Positions 1 to 9,670 of a DNA stretch of 64,000 bases are shown in pieces (within the stretch, counting starts at the first letter, position 1; each line of letters begins with the position of its first letter). The DNA comes from Candidatus Cloacimonadota bacterium (lineage in GTDB: Bacteria; UBA4055), in the NCBI GenBank assembly GCA_002742935.1, contig PDON01000065.1, forward strand, positions 6,894-70,893, given 5' to 3'. Made by a program: the position numbers and the translations under genes. The notes under the pieces are model-generated. The model made no database searches and had not been told where the DNA came from. It was given only the letters and a program-made list of their open reading frames with translations.

Positions 1-723
1 AATTTTTGGTTTAAATCCGGAACTGCTACATTTTTAATAAAAAAGATTAAAGAGAATGGAATAAATATCAAAAATTATGATAAAATGATAAAAGTTCCTG
101 AAACATCTTTAGATTCTTACGAAATCAATAATATTGATATAACCGTTCTACTATTCCAAGCAGGATATTTAACTATAAAAGAAAAAATTGTTGATAGGAA
201 CGATTTTTCTCTATCCTATAAGTTGGGTTATCCAAATATGGAGATAAGAAAATCTTTATATCTACTTTTAGGAGCTGAATTTTCAGATATTCAGAGTGGT
301 ATTTTCTCCCAAATGTCCCAAAGTTTATTAGACTCTCTAAAAACAAATGATATAGACCTATTTATTGATACTTTGAGATCTATTTTTGCTTCCATACCAA
401 ACAATTTAGCCAGTGGAAGATATGAGAGTTATTATCATACTGTTATCTATTTAGCTTTAATGTTTATTGGAACAAATATCAAGGTTGAACAAAAAACAAA
501 TAATGGTATAATTGATGCTGTAGTTGAGACTGCTAATTTTGTTTATATCATGGAGTTTAAGATGAGCAGTGCTTCATCTGCCATAAAACAGATTAAAGAG
601 AAAAAGTATTACGAACCATACTTAGCCGATAAAAGAGAGGTTTTTTGTATGGGTATAGCCTTTGATGAAAAGGATAGGAATGTGGATGATTTTATAGTTA
701 TGGGTTTAGATGAGCTGAAATAA
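1..723 (+). CDS. C-terminal part of an AAA-ATPase-like / PD-(D/E)XK nuclease superfamily protein (DUF1703/PDDEXK_9-like). The gene begins upstream of the window.
   Basis: Frame 1 is open from nt 1 into the ORF-track ORF 85..723. The C-terminal pattern NFVYIMEFK...IKQIKEKKYYEPY...MGIAF is typical of the PD-(D/E)XK C-domain of the Bacteroides-type AAA-ATPase-like family. Confidence 0.5.
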   Translation, partial: NFWFKSGTATFLIKKIKENGINIKNYDKMIKVPETSLDSYEINNIDITVLLFQAGYLTIKEKIVDRNDFSLSYKLGYPNMEIRKSLYLLLGAEFSDIQSGIFSQMSQSLLDSLKTNDIDLFIDTLRSIFASIPNNLASGRYESYYHTVIYLALMFIGTNIKVEQKTNNGIIDAVVETANFVYIMEFKMSSASSAIKQIKEKKYYEPYLADKREVFCMGIAFDEKDRNVDDFIVMGLDELK

Positions 724-758
724 TAGAACTATATTTTACATATATTTTAACAGGAAAT

Positions 759-1310
759 TCACTTATACTCCTTCCACTCATATACTCCCCATAGAAAACT
801 TTTTTGATCATATATCTTTCCATGAGAATCAACTTTCTCTTCTGACTCATATAGTCCAAATAGAACATAAATATTGTTTTTGGACAATATTTTTTTCCCA
901 TCTCGACCACTTATCAAATGGCTTATCTCTTTCCTAAGTAGTTTTTTCTCTCTATGTAGTTCTAAAGTATCCTTTCTAAAAGAGTTTTCCAATATTTCTA
1001 TCTCTCTATTCAAACTCTTTTTTAACCCTTTTATCTTTTTGTTAAGAATATTTATATCCCTCTGTTTTGAGATAAGTTCTAACAAAAGATCCTGATTTTC
1101 TGTAATAGAAGGATATACATGACTACCAAAAAAATAGTTATTAGTTTTTGGAAAATTGATAGAGTCCAAATCAGCAGGAAGATTTAGTTTAGACTTGTAC
1201 CTATCAATAGTTGAATCGCTATAACTTATAGTTGTACAAGAAGAGAGAAATAATATAGAAATAGTTAGTACAATTTTTAAATAGATTGAGTAAAAAAATA
1301 TTTTTCTCAT
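759..1310 (-). CDS. Hypothetical lipoprotein with a coiled-coil segment.
   Basis: N-terminal signal peptide with a lipobox-like LSSC. K/E-rich heptad-like stretch. No recognisable family. Confidence 0.45.
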   Translation of the reverse strand: MRKIFFYSIYLKIVLTISILFLSSCTTISYSDSTIDRYKSKLNLPADLDSINFPKTNNYFFGSHVYPSITENQDLLLELISKQRDINILNKKIKGLKKSLNREIEILENSFRKDTLELHREKKLLRKEISHLISGRDGKKILSKNNIYVLFGLYESEEKVDSHGKIYDQKSFLWGVYEWKEYK

Positions 1311-1415
1311 AATAAATTACCCTTAAATTCTCTATTAAAATAAAAGTTTTCACTTTTGAGCTATCAATAAAATATCAACCTCTTAAATAAGATTTATTCT
1401 TTTTTTCAGTAGATC

Positions 1416-2372
1416 CTATTTAATCATAATTAAAAGTTTTTTACTCTTACTATAGTTAGGATTAAGCTCTAAAGATTTTTTTAGATAAGTCTTAGCATTT
1501 TCATAATCATTTTTAAGATGATATAACTTACCCAAAAGATAGTTTGCCCTAAATAATCTCGGCTGATTATCCAGTATATTGATTTTATCCTTTAGTTTTA
1601 AATATCTCTTTAAATATTCAATACCCTTATCATAGTTTAACTTTTTCTTTACCGAGTAATTTCCATAGTAAGACAGTAGTTTTGTAGATTCAATCTTAGA
1701 TATTCCTCTATCTAAAACTTCAAACCCTTTGTCATTCATATTTCGCATAAAATAACTTCTTGCTGTTAAGAAATAAAAATTAGGATTCAAACTATACTTC
1801 TCAATACATTTCTCTCCAAAAGATCCTGCATCATCCATATCACCACCGAAAAAGAAAAGCCTTAATTTACATAGATCAGAATATTCCTCATCAAATTTAT
1901 AGGTATCGCTTAATATTTTTTCAGTTTCATCATCATCTCCACCATAAAACCAAGGAACAATTTGGTATTCTAAAGCTAAGTGAAATATTAAACCTTTATG
2001 TTTAGGATTGAGTTTATACCCTTTTTTGAGAAAATCAAAGGTTTTATCAACTTTTTCCTTACCGGATGGAAGATTTGCATCTTTTGAGTTATCTGTCGAT
2101 AGTAAAAATTTTGCAGTCTTATATAAAATATCGGGATCATCATCTTTGAGTTTTAGGGCTTTTTCCATTATAAAATAGGCTTTTTCTGGATTTCCTTTAA
2201 GGTTTTCTATTAAACCGGTAAAATAGTATTGCTCAAATTTTTTCAAAGATGGTATAATCTTTTCTGCTTCATTGAGTTGATCTGTAGCTATTAATTTTTC
2301 AACCTTTTTGTTACTAATTGAAAAGAGAGAACTACTTAAAATCATCATTATTAAACAATAGTATTTTAACAT
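1416..2372 (-). CDS. Secreted TPR-like repeat protein, function unknown.
   Basis: Signal peptide. Repeated Y/L/K-rich helical motifs of the form KAxxYLKKSLELNPNY, characteristic of TPR. Confidence 0.5.
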   Translation of the reverse strand: MLKYYCLIMMILSSSLFSISNKKVEKLIATDQLNEAEKIIPSLKKFEQYYFTGLIENLKGNPEKAYFIMEKALKLKDDDPDILYKTAKFLLSTDNSKDANLPSGKEKVDKTFDFLKKGYKLNPKHKGLIFHLALEYQIVPWFYGGDDDETEKILSDTYKFDEEYSDLCKLRLFFFGGDMDDAGSFGEKCIEKYSLNPNFYFLTARSYFMRNMNDKGFEVLDRGISKIESTKLLSYYGNYSVKKKLNYDKGIEYLKRYLKLKDKINILDNQPRLFRANYLLGKLYHLKNDYENAKTYLKKSLELNPNYSKSKKLLIMIK

Positions 2373-2387
2373 TTTAGACCCTTATTC

Positions 2388-3521
2388 TTAATTTAATATT
2401 TTATACACTTCTATAGTTAATTTATCCTTGTTTAAAACAAAGATCTTATCCTTATATATTCTAAACTCAAGGGTAAGAAAAAGTTCTGGATTATTTACCT
2501 CAAAATCCATAGAAAGTGAGTTTTGGAAAATATTATCAATAAAAATATCAAACTTTACACCTTTCTCTTCATCTGGAACCGCAACCCAAACTCTGTTTAG
2601 ATGATCGATAAAGATACCGTTTATAGATTTTTTATAATCTAACCCTTTAAAACCTTTTAACTCATTACCCATGATAGAGTTTTTATTTTTTTTATCAGGA
2701 TTACTCTTTTTCTTTATATAGCTTTTTCTTATTTCAGAGATCTTCTCTTTATTGCTATTGAAAATATAGTATCTATAGCTATCACTACTATTTTCAGCTA
2801 TGTAGATATTTCCTCTAGAATCAAAATCTACTTTAGGAATCATACCTGTCAAAGATTCAGAACTATTGGTTTCAAATTTACTATATTTATATATCTCTCT
2901 TCCTTGAATAAAATAGCTATAATCAAAGAGATAGATATTATTACTAAGCTCCATCTCGCTCTTTGAAAAATCAGGCATTATTGCAGATCCTAGTAAAAGA
3001 TTATTCTGATACTTTTTTACATAGGTTGGCATAACCTGTTTTGGAAGGTCCCTTTTCTCAATAAAAGTTCCATCAGAATTAAAGATTAAAAATCTCTTAT
3101 TCCCAGGCATAAGGATATGAACTCTATCATTTATACAAACCATATTTACAACATAATCTCTTATGATAAACTCTCCCGGACCACTTCCCAATCCACCAAA
3201 AGAGAGAAGATAATTACCTCTATCATCATATTTAAAAACCTTTGACTGCTTTTTATCCAGTAGATATATATTTCCATTCTTATCAATATCAAATGAGGAA
3301 ATATCATTTATATAAATAGAATCATTTACCTGTGAACTTAATGTAAACAGTTTCTCTATTTCAATCTTAAAAGAATCATCAGCAGGAGTATTTTTATTTA
3401 TATAGTATGTTACCCCATTTTCTGTATAACTCTTGATTTTTTTGCTACAGCTAAAAGTAAAAAGAATTACAAATATGATTACAAAAGATTTTGACATATT
3501 TTTCATTATTTTTAATTCCAT
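2388..3521 (-). CDS. Hypothetical lipoprotein, beta-propeller-like.
   Basis: Signal peptide plus FSCSKK lipobox. Repeated GNIY/DxxGNxY beta-strand motifs. Confidence 0.45.
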   Translation of the reverse strand: MELKIMKNMSKSFVIIFVILFTFSCSKKIKSYTENGVTYYINKNTPADDSFKIEIEKLFTLSSQVNDSIYINDISSFDIDKNGNIYLLDKKQSKVFKYDDRGNYLLSFGGLGSGPGEFIIRDYVVNMVCINDRVHILMPGNKRFLIFNSDGTFIEKRDLPKQVMPTYVKKYQNNLLLGSAIMPDFSKSEMELSNNIYLFDYSYFIQGREIYKYSKFETNSSESLTGMIPKVDFDSRGNIYIAENSSDSYRYYIFNSNKEKISEIRKSYIKKKSNPDKKNKNSIMGNELKGFKGLDYKKSINGIFIDHLNRVWVAVPDEEKGVKFDIFIDNIFQNSLSMDFEVNNPELFLTLEFRIYKDKIFVLNKDKLTIEVYKILN

Positions 3522-4264
3522 TTTTTATCTTTATGCCCATACTTAAAGATAAGCCAGCTCTCTTTTTCATCACTACATTACATATTTCTTCTTTTTCTAG
3601 TAAATAAATATTTTGGTAACCAAAAGCAATTTCTACAATAAAAAATATATTCTTTTTATCAAACCAACAATCCTAATATTTTTGTCGCAGATTTAATCCT
3701 TGTGTACTAACTATTATTCTGTACTTTCATAATATTTAATTTTTTCTAAGTGCTACTCCTAAGTTTAGAATGATAAAACTATTTGATATATAATATAGAT
3801 ATAAATAAAAAAAATATTCGTGTCAAGGAGTAGAGATTAAATTTTAAACTTTATTTATAGCCCTTAGGATAGAACCTCTAGTATCCAAAATAATTTTTAT
3901 TAAATCTACAGATCTATTTTTGAAATCTATAAACTTTTTTTTTGGGAACTTTTTATAGCCAAAAGAAGCAAAAGAGGAATTAGGGTGAATAGATAAAACT
4001 ACTCTAAAAAATCAGACTGACTAGAAGCGAGCAGTACAAGGAATTACTTTTTTATGTAATTTAAGCCTATAATTACTAGGTGATTTGAACATAAAAATCA
4101 ACTTATCTTACTGACGGTTTATAGACAATCTGAATTTTTCACAAACTGAGATATACAAACCTATTTTTATCATACCCCGTATTAACTATAGTTTCTATTT
4201 TAGCAAACAGATATTTGCATTAAATTATAATCTATAAAGATAAATTAAAATAGAGGAAATCAGT

Positions 4265-6289
4265 ATGAACTATCCAAAAACTAGGAAATCCAACCAAGTT
4301 GATGATTATTTTGGAGTTAAAATTCCGGATCCCTACCGTCACTTAGAGGATGATCGCAGCCTTGAAACAGAGGAGTGGGTAAAAGAGCAAAATGCCCAAT
4401 GTGAACAATATCTAAACCAGGTAAAAGGTAGAGAAGAACTGGGTAAACAATTAAAAGATCTAATGAACTACCCAAGTTATACTACCCCTTTTAAAAAGGG
4501 TGATTACTACTACTTCTACCATAATGAAGGGTTACAGAACCAATTTGTTATCTACAGACAAAAAAGTTTAGATGATCCGGCAGAACTATTTTTGGATCCA
4601 AATACTCTATCTGATAATGGAACTACATCTGCTCATCTTAGTGGCTTTTCAGATGATGCTAAATTTGTTACAGTTTTTATATCTGAAGCGGGTTCAGATT
4701 GGCAAACTATTAAGGTTATGAATACCGAAACTAAAGAATGGTTAGAAGATGAGATAAAATGGGTTAAGTTTTCAGGTGCACAATGGATTGATAACGGATT
4801 CTACTACAGCGGATACTCAAAACCCGATAATAGTTCCAGTGATAAGAACCAGTTTCATAAAGTATATTATCACGAATTAGGAAAATCTCAGGAAAATGAT
4901 CAACTAATCTACGAAGATAAAGAAAACCCTCTTAGATTTCACACTCTATCTATAACTAAAGATAAGCAGTTTCTCATATTGTATATATCTGAAGGAACAA
5001 GTGGAAATAAAATAAAGGTTTTAAACAGAAGTAAAAATGGTAAAGAGTTTACAACAATTTTTGATAAAGATGGTTATGAGATGAGTATTGTTGATACCAA
5101 AGATGATAAGTTGATCACCATGACTAACTATCAAGCACCAAACTCTAAAGCTATTATTTTAGATCCTGAAGATCCTGAAAACTATACAGATTTGATCCCG
5201 GAAAAAGAGTATCCTTTAGAAGGTATAGTAATTACCAATTACGGTATAATTGCATCCTACCTCAAAGATTGCTCTACCTATGTTGAAGAGCTTGATGAAA
5301 ATGGTAAATTTAAAAGAGAGATTAAGTTTCCTACAATAGGTTCTATAGGAATTGGAAGTTACGAAAGGAGACCGGAAGAGCTATTTTTTAGCTTCTCATC
5401 CTATGTTCACCCTACAACAATCTACTCCTATAAAACAAAGGATGGAGAACTTAAACTTTTCAAATCAACACCAACTACTTTTACCCCTGAAAACTATACG
5501 GTTAAACAGATCTTTGTAGCTAGTAAAGATGGCACTAAGGTTCCTTTCTTTATGATCCATAAAAAAGGGTTAAAATATGATGGAAACAGACCAACAATTG
5601 TTTACGGTTACGGTGGTTTTAATATCAGTTTAACACCGAGCTATAATCCGGCACTTGTTCCTTTCTTGGAAAAAGATGGAATTTATGTTGTTACAAACCT
5701 GAGAGGTGGTGGAGAGTATGGCGAAAAATGGCATGAAGGTGGAATGAAAGAGAAGAAACAGAATGTATTTGATGATTTTATCTCTATCACAGAGTACCTT
5801 ATAGCAGAAAACTATACCAATCCTAAAAAGATTGCAATTAATGGTGGATCTAATGGTGGGCTCTTAGTGGGTTCTATTCTAACTCAAAGACCTGACCTTA
5901 TTGGAGCAGCTATTGCTGAAGTTGGAGTTTTGGATATGCTCCGTTTCCATAAGTTTACCATAGGTTGGGGATGGGCAGTAGAGTATGGAAGCAGTGATAA
6001 TAAAGAGGATTTTGAATATTTGATAAAATACTCACCTCTTCACAATATTAAGGAGGATTTTAACTACCCTCCAACTATGGTTATGACAGCAGATCATGAT
6101 GATAGGGTTGTTCCTGCTCACTCTTTTAAGTTTGTTGCAACTCTCCAAGAGAAAGCTCAGAAAAAGAACCCTTATCTTTTGAGGGTGGATATAGATTCAG
6201 GACACGGTAGCAGCAGTAGAGATAAATTGATTAAAAATGCAAAGGACAGACTATCTTTCGTTTTTAAAAATTTAGGTATGGAAGATTAG
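4265..6289 (+). CDS. Prolyl oligopeptidase (S9A family serine peptidase).
   Basis: 674 aa. N-terminal beta-propeller plus a C-terminal alpha/beta hydrolase with GGSNGGLL (nucleophile Ser) and downstream D and H. Strong family resemblance throughout. Confidence 0.9.
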   Translation: MNYPKTRKSNQVDDYFGVKIPDPYRHLEDDRSLETEEWVKEQNAQCEQYLNQVKGREELGKQLKDLMNYPSYTTPFKKGDYYYFYHNEGLQNQFVIYRQKSLDDPAELFLDPNTLSDNGTTSAHLSGFSDDAKFVTVFISEAGSDWQTIKVMNTETKEWLEDEIKWVKFSGAQWIDNGFYYSGYSKPDNSSSDKNQFHKVYYHELGKSQENDQLIYEDKENPLRFHTLSITKDKQFLILYISEGTSGNKIKVLNRSKNGKEFTTIFDKDGYEMSIVDTKDDKLITMTNYQAPNSKAIILDPEDPENYTDLIPEKEYPLEGIVITNYGIIASYLKDCSTYVEELDENGKFKREIKFPTIGSIGIGSYERRPEELFFSFSSYVHPTTIYSYKTKDGELKLFKSTPTTFTPENYTVKQIFVASKDGTKVPFFMIHKKGLKYDGNRPTIVYGYGGFNISLTPSYNPALVPFLEKDGIYVVTNLRGGGEYGEKWHEGGMKEKKQNVFDDFISITEYLIAENYTNPKKIAINGGSNGGLLVGSILTQRPDLIGAAIAEVGVLDMLRFHKFTIGWGWAVEYGSSDNKEDFEYLIKYSPLHNIKEDFNYPPTMVMTADHDDRVVPAHSFKFVATLQEKAQKKNPYLLRVDIDSGHGSSSRDKLIKNAKDRLSFVFKNLGMED

Positions 6290-6310
6290 TCAAAAGATTG
6301 GACAAGTAAT

Positions 6311-6345
6311 AAAACAGCTCTCCAAAACGGAGAGCTGTTTTTATT
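6311..6345. terminator. Bidirectional intrinsic terminator between the convergent S9A peptidase gene and the flgM operon.
   Basis: aaaacagctctcc-aaaac-ggagagctgtttt: a perfect 11-13 bp stem with a 5-nt loop. A/T tracts on both sides. Confidence 0.7.
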
Positions 6346-6363
6346 ATAAATAGAAAACATTGA

Positions 6364-6612
6364 TTAGTTGAGCAGTGTTCCAATATCTGAATCAAGTTGA
6401 GAAATTGAGGAGTCTAATCTAGCACTAATATAATCCATAAAGAAACTGCTACCCCTCTCTATAAACTCTATATGTTGACGTATAGCCTTTCTTTCATTCT
6501 CTCTTGCAACAGAAGTCAGATTTTTCTCTTTAATAGATTCTAAAACCTCTTTGACATCTTTTACAATATCCAATCTTGATATAAAAACGTGGTTGTTTGG
6601 AACTACCTTCAT
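6364..6612 (-). CDS. Hypothetical small protein co-transcribed with flgM, possibly flagellar-related.
   Basis: Overlaps the flgM stop by 4 nt (ATGA). No family recognised. Confidence 0.4.
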   Translation of the reverse strand: MKVVPNNHVFISRLDIVKDVKEVLESIKEKNLTSVARENERKAIRQHIEFIERGSSFFMDYISARLDSSISQLDSDIGTLLN

Positions 6613-6992
6613 AGATCTAAATCAACCTCATCTAAAATTTTACCCGCTGTTTCCAAGATAACATCATCTCTGGAATAGAATCCGGTTTCCATTCTTTTCT
6701 TAACCATTTCAATCTTATCTACTCTGGCTTGAGAGTCTCTGTTTAATATAGAGTTAACCATATATCTCTCTTTTTCATCACCCTTTAAATGATTTATCTT
6801 CAATTGAGAGTAACCATCCATACTATCAAGAGTAACTTTTTGATTCTCAGAAGGTGTTTCACAAGAAGTAACATTGCTGCTTCTCTTCATGAAATCTTTT
6901 AGCATATCAACAAAATGTTTATCTGAAGAGTTAACTTTTGAAATCTTTTCGGTTTTTAGATTTTCAGTATGTTGAGTCTTAACTACTTTCAT
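6609..6992 (-). CDS. flgM: Anti-sigma-28 factor FlgM-like protein.
   Basis: C-terminal region ...VDKIEMVKKRMETGFYSRDDVILETAGKILDEVDL matches the conserved FlgM C-terminal helix pair. The true start may be an internal Met. Confidence 0.55.
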   Translation of the reverse strand: MKVVKTQHTENLKTEKISKVNSSDKHFVDMLKDFMKRSSNVTSCETPSENQKVTLDSMDGYSQLKINHLKGDEKERYMVNSILNRDSQARVDKIEMVKKRMETGFYSRDDVILETAGKILDEVDLDL

Positions 6993-7225
6993 TACTGTTA
7001 CTTTTTCGTAAACTTAATTAACAAACACAATCTCACAATTAATAATATGGCAATAAATAAGCCAAAAAACTATAGTAAAATTATTTCATTTGCTATTTAT
7101 TTTAACAATAAAGAAAGTGTCACCTTATAGTATCATAAGCTGATTTCATTTACCACTATAGATACATATTTATTTAGAGTCTACTGGAAAAAGGTGATTT
7201 TGTAACAATGGTTACTCAAAAAAAA

Positions 7226-7254
7226 TTGATATTCCTCCCCTATTTAGGTATTAT
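7226..7254 (+). promoter_or_regulatory. Candidate sigma-70 promoter (TTGATA-17 nt-TATTAT) for the rrf2 operon. An upstream GTAAC-N4-GTTAC palindrome lies at 7202-7215.
   Basis: Near-consensus -35 and -10 hexamers with a 17-nt spacer about 40 nt upstream of the rrf2 ATG. A perfect inverted repeat lies immediately upstream. GGGGAAAGGA RBS before the ATG. Confidence 0.4.
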
Positions 7255-7293
7255 GGTTCTTAAATAGAGAAAAGGGGAAAGGATAAGTTTATT

Positions 7294-7701
7294 ATGAATC
7301 TTTTAAACATCTCCGAAGGTGCTTCTCTTGCAATGCACAGCTTAGCACTAATTGTAAAAAAATATCCTAAGAGAATGAATGCAAAAAGCTTAGCTGAAGA
7401 GCTGGGGGCTTCTCAATCCCATCTTTCAAAGATCTTTCAAAGATTGACAAAAATGAATCTGGTAAACTCTTTAAGAGGTCCTGCCGGTGGCTTTGAACTA
7501 AATGTATCGGCAAAAGATATCTCATTTTTGGATATTTATGAATCCATAGAGGGAAAGGTTATAGTGGATAAATGTCCTCTGGGTAAAAAGGGATGTGCCT
7601 TTGAAAATTGTATCTTTTCAAGCAAGATAAATGTTATAACCAAAGAGCTTTACAACACCTTAAAAGAGATTAAACTCTCCGATTTTGAAATGAAAAATTA
7701 A
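7294..7701 (+). CDS. Rrf2 family transcriptional regulator (IscR/NsrR-like, with 3 Cys for a probable Fe-S cluster).
   Basis: N-terminal wHTH with SQSHLSKIFQRL. C-x-x-x-x-x-x-C-x-x-x-x-C cluster DKCPLGKKGCAFENC. Confidence 0.85.
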   Translation: MNLLNISEGASLAMHSLALIVKKYPKRMNAKSLAEELGASQSHLSKIFQRLTKMNLVNSLRGPAGGFELNVSAKDISFLDIYESIEGKVIVDKCPLGKKGCAFENCIFSSKINVITKELYNTLKEIKLSDFEMKN

Positions 7702-7708
7702 AAATAGT

Positions 7709-8965
7709 ATGTATGAGGAAATCGAGATGAAATATTTTGATAAAAACAGTAGAATCTCAGAAATAATAGAGAAGTATCCAAACACAATACCCGTTTTTAT
7801 CTCTAAAGGATTTAAACAGATGGCAGATGAAGATAAAAGGAACACATTTGCTAAAAATATATCTTTGGGAATGGCACTTTCTTTTAAAAAACTGGACTTT
7901 GATACATTTTCAAAACTATTGATAGAAGCGATTGAAGAGAACTCAAAAGAGGATCTTTCTTTACGGGAGACAGATAAAAAAAACTCTACGAATAGTTTGA
8001 AGATTATGGGGCTTTTTCCTTGTCCCGTTAAGGTTCCTTTAATAGAGGAGTTTACATCTTTTGTAGAGGAGTATACCGAGAACTCAAAAGTTGAAGTGGA
8101 TTTTGATTTAAAGTCAGCTTCTATGGGTCTTGATTGGATTAAGGAGGATATTAAAGATTTAGAGGATCTCTCAACATATCCCGATATTTTGATCTCTCCG
8201 GGATTTGATCTGTTTTTTGACAGAGAGAGGGTAGATCTGTTTGAGAAGAGTAAAATCTTTCAAAATAGCATTAAGTATAAAGAGTATAATAGATCCTTTG
8301 ATGGTTTAAACTTGGAAGATCCTAGATCCTACTTTTCATTACTTGGGGTAGTACCGGCAATATTTATGGTAAACTTAAATGAGCTTGGGGATAGACCTAT
8401 CCCTTTAACTTGGAGTGATATTTTAAAGCCGGAATTTGAGAAAAGGGTTTCTCTTCCGGTAAAAGATTTTGTAATGTTTCACGGAATACTTTTAAATATC
8501 CATAAAATCTATGGAGATGAGGGTGTTATCAAGCTTGGTAAGAGCCTTTTGGAATCCCTTCATCCGGCTCAAATGTTAAAGAGTGAAAGGATAAAAACAG
8601 AGAAGCCGATAATAACTATTATGCCATACTTCTTTACTAAAATGGCGGGTAAAAATAGCAATATGAAAGTTATCTGGCCAAAAGATGGAGCTATAATAAG
8701 TCCTCTTTTTATGCTCGCTAAAAATGATCGCTTAGAGAAGTCCCAAGAGATAATAGATTTCTTTGGGGATAGAAAAATTGCGGAGATTCTTTCTCATAGA
8801 GGTTTTTTCCCAAGTGTAAATCCAGATATTGACAACAATATTGAGAAAGAGAACAGATTTATGTGGCTTGGTTGGGATTATATCTACAACAACAATATGA
8901 AAAATTTGATAGAGCATTGCGAAAAGATCTTTTATCAAAATTCAGATGAAAAAAGCGGTAAATAA
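7709..8965 (+). CDS. Cytoplasmic protein with an N-terminal DUF1858/ScdA_N-like domain fused to a type-2 periplasmic-binding-protein fold resembling Fe3+ ABC substrate-binding proteins (AfuA/FbpA-like). No signal peptide.
   Basis: N-terminus EIIEKYPNTIPVF...ISLGMALSF resembles DUF1858. The C-terminal two thirds (…WSDILKPEFEKRVSLP…KVIWPKDGAIISP…) follows the family-1 solute-binding protein pattern. Starts 8 nt after rrf2. Confidence 0.55.
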   Translation: MYEEIEMKYFDKNSRISEIIEKYPNTIPVFISKGFKQMADEDKRNTFAKNISLGMALSFKKLDFDTFSKLLIEAIEENSKEDLSLRETDKKNSTNSLKIMGLFPCPVKVPLIEEFTSFVEEYTENSKVEVDFDLKSASMGLDWIKEDIKDLEDLSTYPDILISPGFDLFFDRERVDLFEKSKIFQNSIKYKEYNRSFDGLNLEDPRSYFSLLGVVPAIFMVNLNELGDRPIPLTWSDILKPEFEKRVSLPVKDFVMFHGILLNIHKIYGDEGVIKLGKSLLESLHPAQMLKSERIKTEKPIITIMPYFFTKMAGKNSNMKVIWPKDGAIISPLFMLAKNDRLEKSQEIIDFFGDRKIAEILSHRGFFPSVNPDIDNNIEKENRFMWLGWDYIYNNNMKNLIEHCEKIFYQNSDEKSGK

Positions 8966-8974
8966 GGGGGGATT

Positions 8975-9667
8975 ATGAATTTAATTACAGTGTCAGGACC
9001 CCCTTCATCGGGGAAGACATCTATAATATTAAAAACGATAGACTCTTTGAAAAAGAGAGGGCTTAAAGTTGCGGTTGTAAAGTTTGATTGTCTTTATACA
9101 GATGATGATATACTATATGAGAAAGCAAATATTCCGGTAAAAAAGGGTCTTTCGGGTGTTTTGTGTCCGGATCACTACTTCATAAGCAATATTGAAGAGA
9201 TTACAAAGTGGGGAATCGATAACAATTTTGATGTTTTAATAAGTGAATCTGCCGGACTTTGTAACCGTTGCTCTCCATATATAAAAGGGATAAAGGCTAT
9301 ATGTGTTATAGATAATTTAAGTGGTATTAATACACCTAAAAAAATAGGTCCAATGTTGAAATCTGCCGATATTGTGGTAATTACCAAGGGGGATATTGTA
9401 TCTCAAGCGGAAAGAGAGGTTTTTGCTTCCAGAGTAAACACCGTAAACCCAAGGGCTATCATTATGAATATAAATGGTCTCACCGGTCAGGGAAGCTATG
9501 AACTTTCTACCTTGGTTTATGATGATGAGAATAATATTGATACTCTTGTAGGCAAGCAACTTAGATTCCCAATGCCTGCCGCTATCTGTTCATACTGTCT
9601 TGGAGAAACTAGAATAGGCGAGAGTTATCAAATGGGAAATGTTAGAAAAATTAAGTTGGACGATTAG
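8975..9667 (+). CDS. G3E-family P-loop GTPase, HypB/UreG-like metallochaperone homologue.
   Basis: Walker A GPPSSGKTS. ESAGLCNRCSPY parallels HypB ENVGNLVCP. VITKGD corresponds to the NKxD-like motif. CPDHY sits at the position of the HypB CH metal-binding motif. Confidence 0.6.
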   Translation: MNLITVSGPPSSGKTSIILKTIDSLKKRGLKVAVVKFDCLYTDDDILYEKANIPVKKGLSGVLCPDHYFISNIEEITKWGIDNNFDVLISESAGLCNRCSPYIKGIKAICVIDNLSGINTPKKIGPMLKSADIVVITKGDIVSQAEREVFASRVNTVNPRAIIMNINGLTGQGSYELSTLVYDDENNIDTLVGKQLRFPMPAAICSYCLGETRIGESYQMGNVRKIKLDD

Positions 9668-9670
9668 AAA

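Noticed and set aside
3522-4264. CRISPR array or tandem repeat in the long AT-rich spacers (3522-4264, 10942-11486, 60184-60728).
   Set aside because: Repeated motifs found are dispersed single copies of an intergenic element. They are not regularly spaced direct repeats with unique spacers, and no cas genes are present.
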